Virus record (IMG/VR): IMGVR_UViG_3300042191_000051
Span: 1-48,096 of that record
Origin: a virus
Taxonomy: Duplodnaviria > Caudoviricetes
Direction: 5' to 3' (one strand)
Length of the DNA: 48,096 nt
Shown here: in pieces, positions 46,301 to 48,096 of the stretch
How the letters are laid out: every line of letters starts with the position of its first letter
Numbering within the stretch: the first letter of the stretch is position 1
Program-made: the position numbers and the translations under genes
The notes under the pieces: generated by a model
The model's input: the letters and a program-made list of their open reading frames with translations, nothing else
What the model was told of the DNA's origin: nothing
Databases searched by the model: none

Positions 46301-48095
46301 CAGCTTCAGCGAATGTTTCAATCTCGGTGATGACATCGGCCGGCGTGACAGGGGTTTTCGGAGCGGCTTTTTTCTTTCCTTTCTTCCGTGCCGGCTTCTC
46401 GCCCTCACGATCCATTTCCATCATTGTATCAAGGTGCAACGCAACGAGCGCTTCATCGGTAACGGCATTATTGAATTCAGGCTTGGCCTTGGAGCGTATG
46501 AACGCAATGAAATCCTGAACATCGGCGCTGAAATCCTGGATATAACCCCGCGTGACCTTTATCAGTGCCGCGTATGTCCGGGGATCTGCCAGTGGATTTG
46601 AGAAGAACCCAAGGCTACTCAGTTCTTCCAATCCCTCTTTGATATTTTTCTGACCTTCAGCGTGTAATTTTTCGCGGTTTTGAGACTTTAAACGTGATTC
46701 AACACGTTTTTGCATCTGCTTATACGCTTCAGAAAACTCAAGGTGAACAATATTCGTTGCCTGTTTCTCTTCCGCTTCCAGTAACCTTTCCTGGTCCTTT
46801 GCAAGAATTTCGGACTTTACCTTAATCTCCTTGATCTGCTCCTGATTCAACGGCCCCTGGTTAGCCACGCGCGCCTTGCGCTCCAGTACTTCCCGGGAGA
46901 AATCCTGGTTGATCATCTGCTGCTGGATAACACCCCATCGACCCCACTGTGACCGGGTAATCGCCGCAGCACGGTCTATACGCTCGATCTCGCCTTCGGC
47001 AATGTCATACTCGCGCTTGGCATCTATATCGCCATTCTCTGCCTTCTCAGCCCACTTGTCGCGGCGATTCATAACCTGGCGCCGATACATTGCCATAACT
47101 GAATTCTGGCGATCACCGATCATCGGATTCGGATCGTTCAAAATATCATTAATCGTTGTAGGTCCGAGTGTTTCATCGTTTTTCAGTTCGGCCAGTGCCG
47201 ATTCGTTCATTTCATCAACGCTTGGAAGTTCGGGCTTGCCGACAGGTGCTTGACCGCGCGCGGCACGTTCCTTGTCAACCTGCTCTTCCTTGTTGCTCGT
47301 TGGTCCAACCGCTTGCATGGCATTTTCAAACAGATTCTTCAGGTACGGCTTGATCTTATCTCCAAATTCGGCAATCATTTTCTTGGAGAACGCTGCAAAA
47401 TCCCGGATACCACCCTCAACATAGAATCCCGCCTTTTGCGTGGCAATGACCAGTACCTGAGTAATGTCGTTTAACTGGCCAGGCTTAATCGTTGGGTTTT
47501 CTTTGAAGAGTTTATTTTCGGAGCCGAATGCGGCATCCTCAACATCCAACTGTACCGGAGCCTCTTCCTTGACATCAAACAGGCCACCCGGACCCTTATC
47601 CGGGGCAACGTAAGGCTTATCCAATCCCTTGCGTTCAGCGTCCTTCTGCTCCTTCAGGTTGTGGAGTCGGTCGGAGTCTTTGGCTCCTTCGATTGAGAGG
47701 GATTCCTGGGCTTTTGCTGAAGGCTCGATCTGTTTGCGTTCAGTTTCTTGTGAAGTTTGCGCGCTGCTTTCCGCAGGTGCAGTTTCTGGCTTGGGGTTAA
47801 GTTTGGCATCTTCTTCATCCATTACATCGTCAAAAAAGTTACTTGCTACAGCACCTAATTCTTCATTCCAATCCGGCATTGTTTCGATTGCGTCTGCCTT
47901 GTCTGCATTCGCCATGTCACGCGCTTCCCTGCTTCCAGCGAGCATTTCACGCCAGGTATCATACTGAGGGCCGTATTTGTCATCGAAACCGGTCCTGCCT
48001 TCGCGAATCATGTTAAGCATCGACTTGATTGCTTCTGCCTGCCTGGTCCCGAGTTTCACATTGCCGGATAGCGCCTTGTTAACAGCGCCCTTAAG
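43341..48095 (-). CDS. Giant virion DNA-ejection protein, C-terminal ~1,580 aa (start at 1632 across the junction)
   Basis: Long helical ORF with coiled-coil repeats, a hydrophobic segment and FDPRSSNFLKVRFGDTRIDL; last gene of the ejection module. Confidence 0.8.
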   Translation of the reverse strand, partial: LKGAVNKALSGNVKLGTRQAEAIKSMLNMIREGRTGFDDKYGPQYDTWREMLAGSREARDMANADKADAIETMPDWNEELGAVASNFFDDVMDEEDAKLNPKPETAPAESSAQTSQETERKQIEPSAKAQESLSIEGAKDSDRLHNLKEQKDAERKGLDKPYVAPDKGPGGLFDVKEEAPVQLDVEDAAFGSENKLFKENPTIKPGQLNDITQVLVIATQKAGFYVEGGIRDFAAFSKKMIAEFGDKIKPYLKNLFENAMQAVGPTSNKEEQVDKERAARGQAPVGKPELPSVDEMNESALAELKNDETLGPTTINDILNDPNPMIGDRQNSVMAMYRRQVMNRRDKWAEKAENGDIDAKREYDIAEGEIERIDRAAAITRSQWGRWGVIQQQMINQDFSREVLERKARVANQGPLNQEQIKEIKVKSEILAKDQERLLEAEEKQATNIVHLEFSEAYKQMQKRVESRLKSQNREKLHAEGQKNIKEGLEELSSLGFFSNPLADPRTYAALIKVTRGYIQDFSADVQDFIAFIRSKAKPEFNNAVTDEALVALHLDTMMEMDREGEKPARKKGKKKAAPKTPVTPADVITEIETFAEAGDPLSQSLIVKLALAFILDGVRGENAVMAAVTEALQGSYPGITEHEVRLEFTKYGRTIVPSQEDHHRELREIKTLVRLQESIDRLNADRDALKTGFQRDKATQKIRERQKVLNILLRERAKKNPVMSAEKLASVEETRLTRLRNRVADLEKQVATGERPGPRVEVDDSPAVAKLKEKIEILKKTIKMIDDAKNPPISPEEKQLNNLAELRDHLDKVLENREAAKEQKQFVPLTKEAADLKGEIDELRKAVATMRRFLKDPRTTDEKLEAAKIKALEEAIDKYDQRIAAGDFSVLYEKKDVPVTERVRALRLLRDARRDVYLAAKKASKPIMSREERINRQRMAALLRRQAELTERIQNKDFSEKPKRQIVEDDKAVAKLRFQVDEQKAEFNAMLAKYRFDKMGWFKQKLVQGVKLLNLSRAVITAVDLSAALRQGGIVVLAHPSLFKKGFMPMLRAFRSKENAHKINTEIQGRKNANLYKRSKLFIAEQNTSDLSKMEEVYMSTWAEKIPLIAGSGRAYVTFLNKLRADAFDMMLDTLTHDGHTATEEELKAIANYVNVATGRGKINVLGLLKLKEDSDAGAHLATVFFAPKYVASRFNFLFGQPMYAAPNSVRVMIAKEYARYFAGVSIVLSLAAMAAAAFRDDDDEREVISFDPRSSNFLKVRFGDTRIDLMSGLIQPTVLLTRILAGQTKTGRGDVKALRNWWRLPTGDIDKYAGVEYGNSTVSGVVGTFTRSKFAPFPGFLLNFWDGKNVVGQQVDPLIDSLAMFAPLSLRDFSGMIEENGVPGAIALQTLVTFGAGAQTYGDGGWSEQRGAIDKKIQEIKDQVTAEPTAKAKREKFKELEKEYPWLLSGASLDTYKRTETTKVYRKRLEEDPAAVKYRRGDVKETASGVKIKDLPEAIKGDKTELISDINSAMRKLQKQTKLSDIADMADYSPTLKKALESGDVDTGMWRGMKIAKELENSARQIKKDNISEIRRAKRVAN
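47970..48095. repeat. Terminal overlap, copy 2
   Basis: Identical to 1-126. Confidence 0.97.
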
Positions 48096-48096
48096 A

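Noticed and set aside
45069-46601. Long plus-strand ORFs (208-269 aa) opposite the giant gene
   Set aside because: Antisense shadows of a coding strand, with no RBS or recognisable motifs.
43341-48095. DarB-like antirestriction protein
   Set aside because: No NPPF/Y methyltransferase or helicase motifs are visible in the translation.
47970-48096. End repeat as a biological direct terminal repeat
   Set aside because: It lies mid-gene and its length (126-127 bp) matches a typical assembler k-mer overlap, so it indicates circular assembly only.

Overview
The window is an apparently complete circular dsDNA phage genome of about 47,969 bp: bases 1-126 are repeated at 47970-48095. Gene content and order are those of a short-tailed (podovirus-type) phage, resembling from memory the Bcep22/Lessievirus-like layout. 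The host is probably Gram-negative (lipoprotein next to the endolysin, sigma70-like promoters). A minus-strand morphogenesis block runs terS, terL (with an Ala-start class 3 LAGLIDADG intein), tail fibres, lysis genes, portal, scaffold, major capsid, adaptor, a nozzle apparently split over three genes, a GNAT-like protein and ejection proteins, ending in a ~2,086-aa protein that spans the window junction. A plus-strand early block (radC-like JAB, phage Dam) follows an AT-rich, repeat-rich non-coding region. A minus-strand replication block holds a primase-SF3 helicase, a beta-class methyltransferase, VRR-NUC, an SF2 helicase and a Cro-like protein. A RecE/RecT-like pair is on the plus strand. 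I saw no integrase, CI-type repressor, DNA polymerase, tRNA, CRISPR array or reverse transcriptase. The most unusual items are a single-motif LAGLIDADG endonuclease inserted in frame in the methyltransferase with no intein splicing domain, the fragmented and domain-decorated nozzle, a stand-alone paralog of the primase origin-binding domain together with an iteron/inverted-repeat locus, and a switch-like RNA leader on the capsid gene. All family calls are by motif recognition only; no database search was run.
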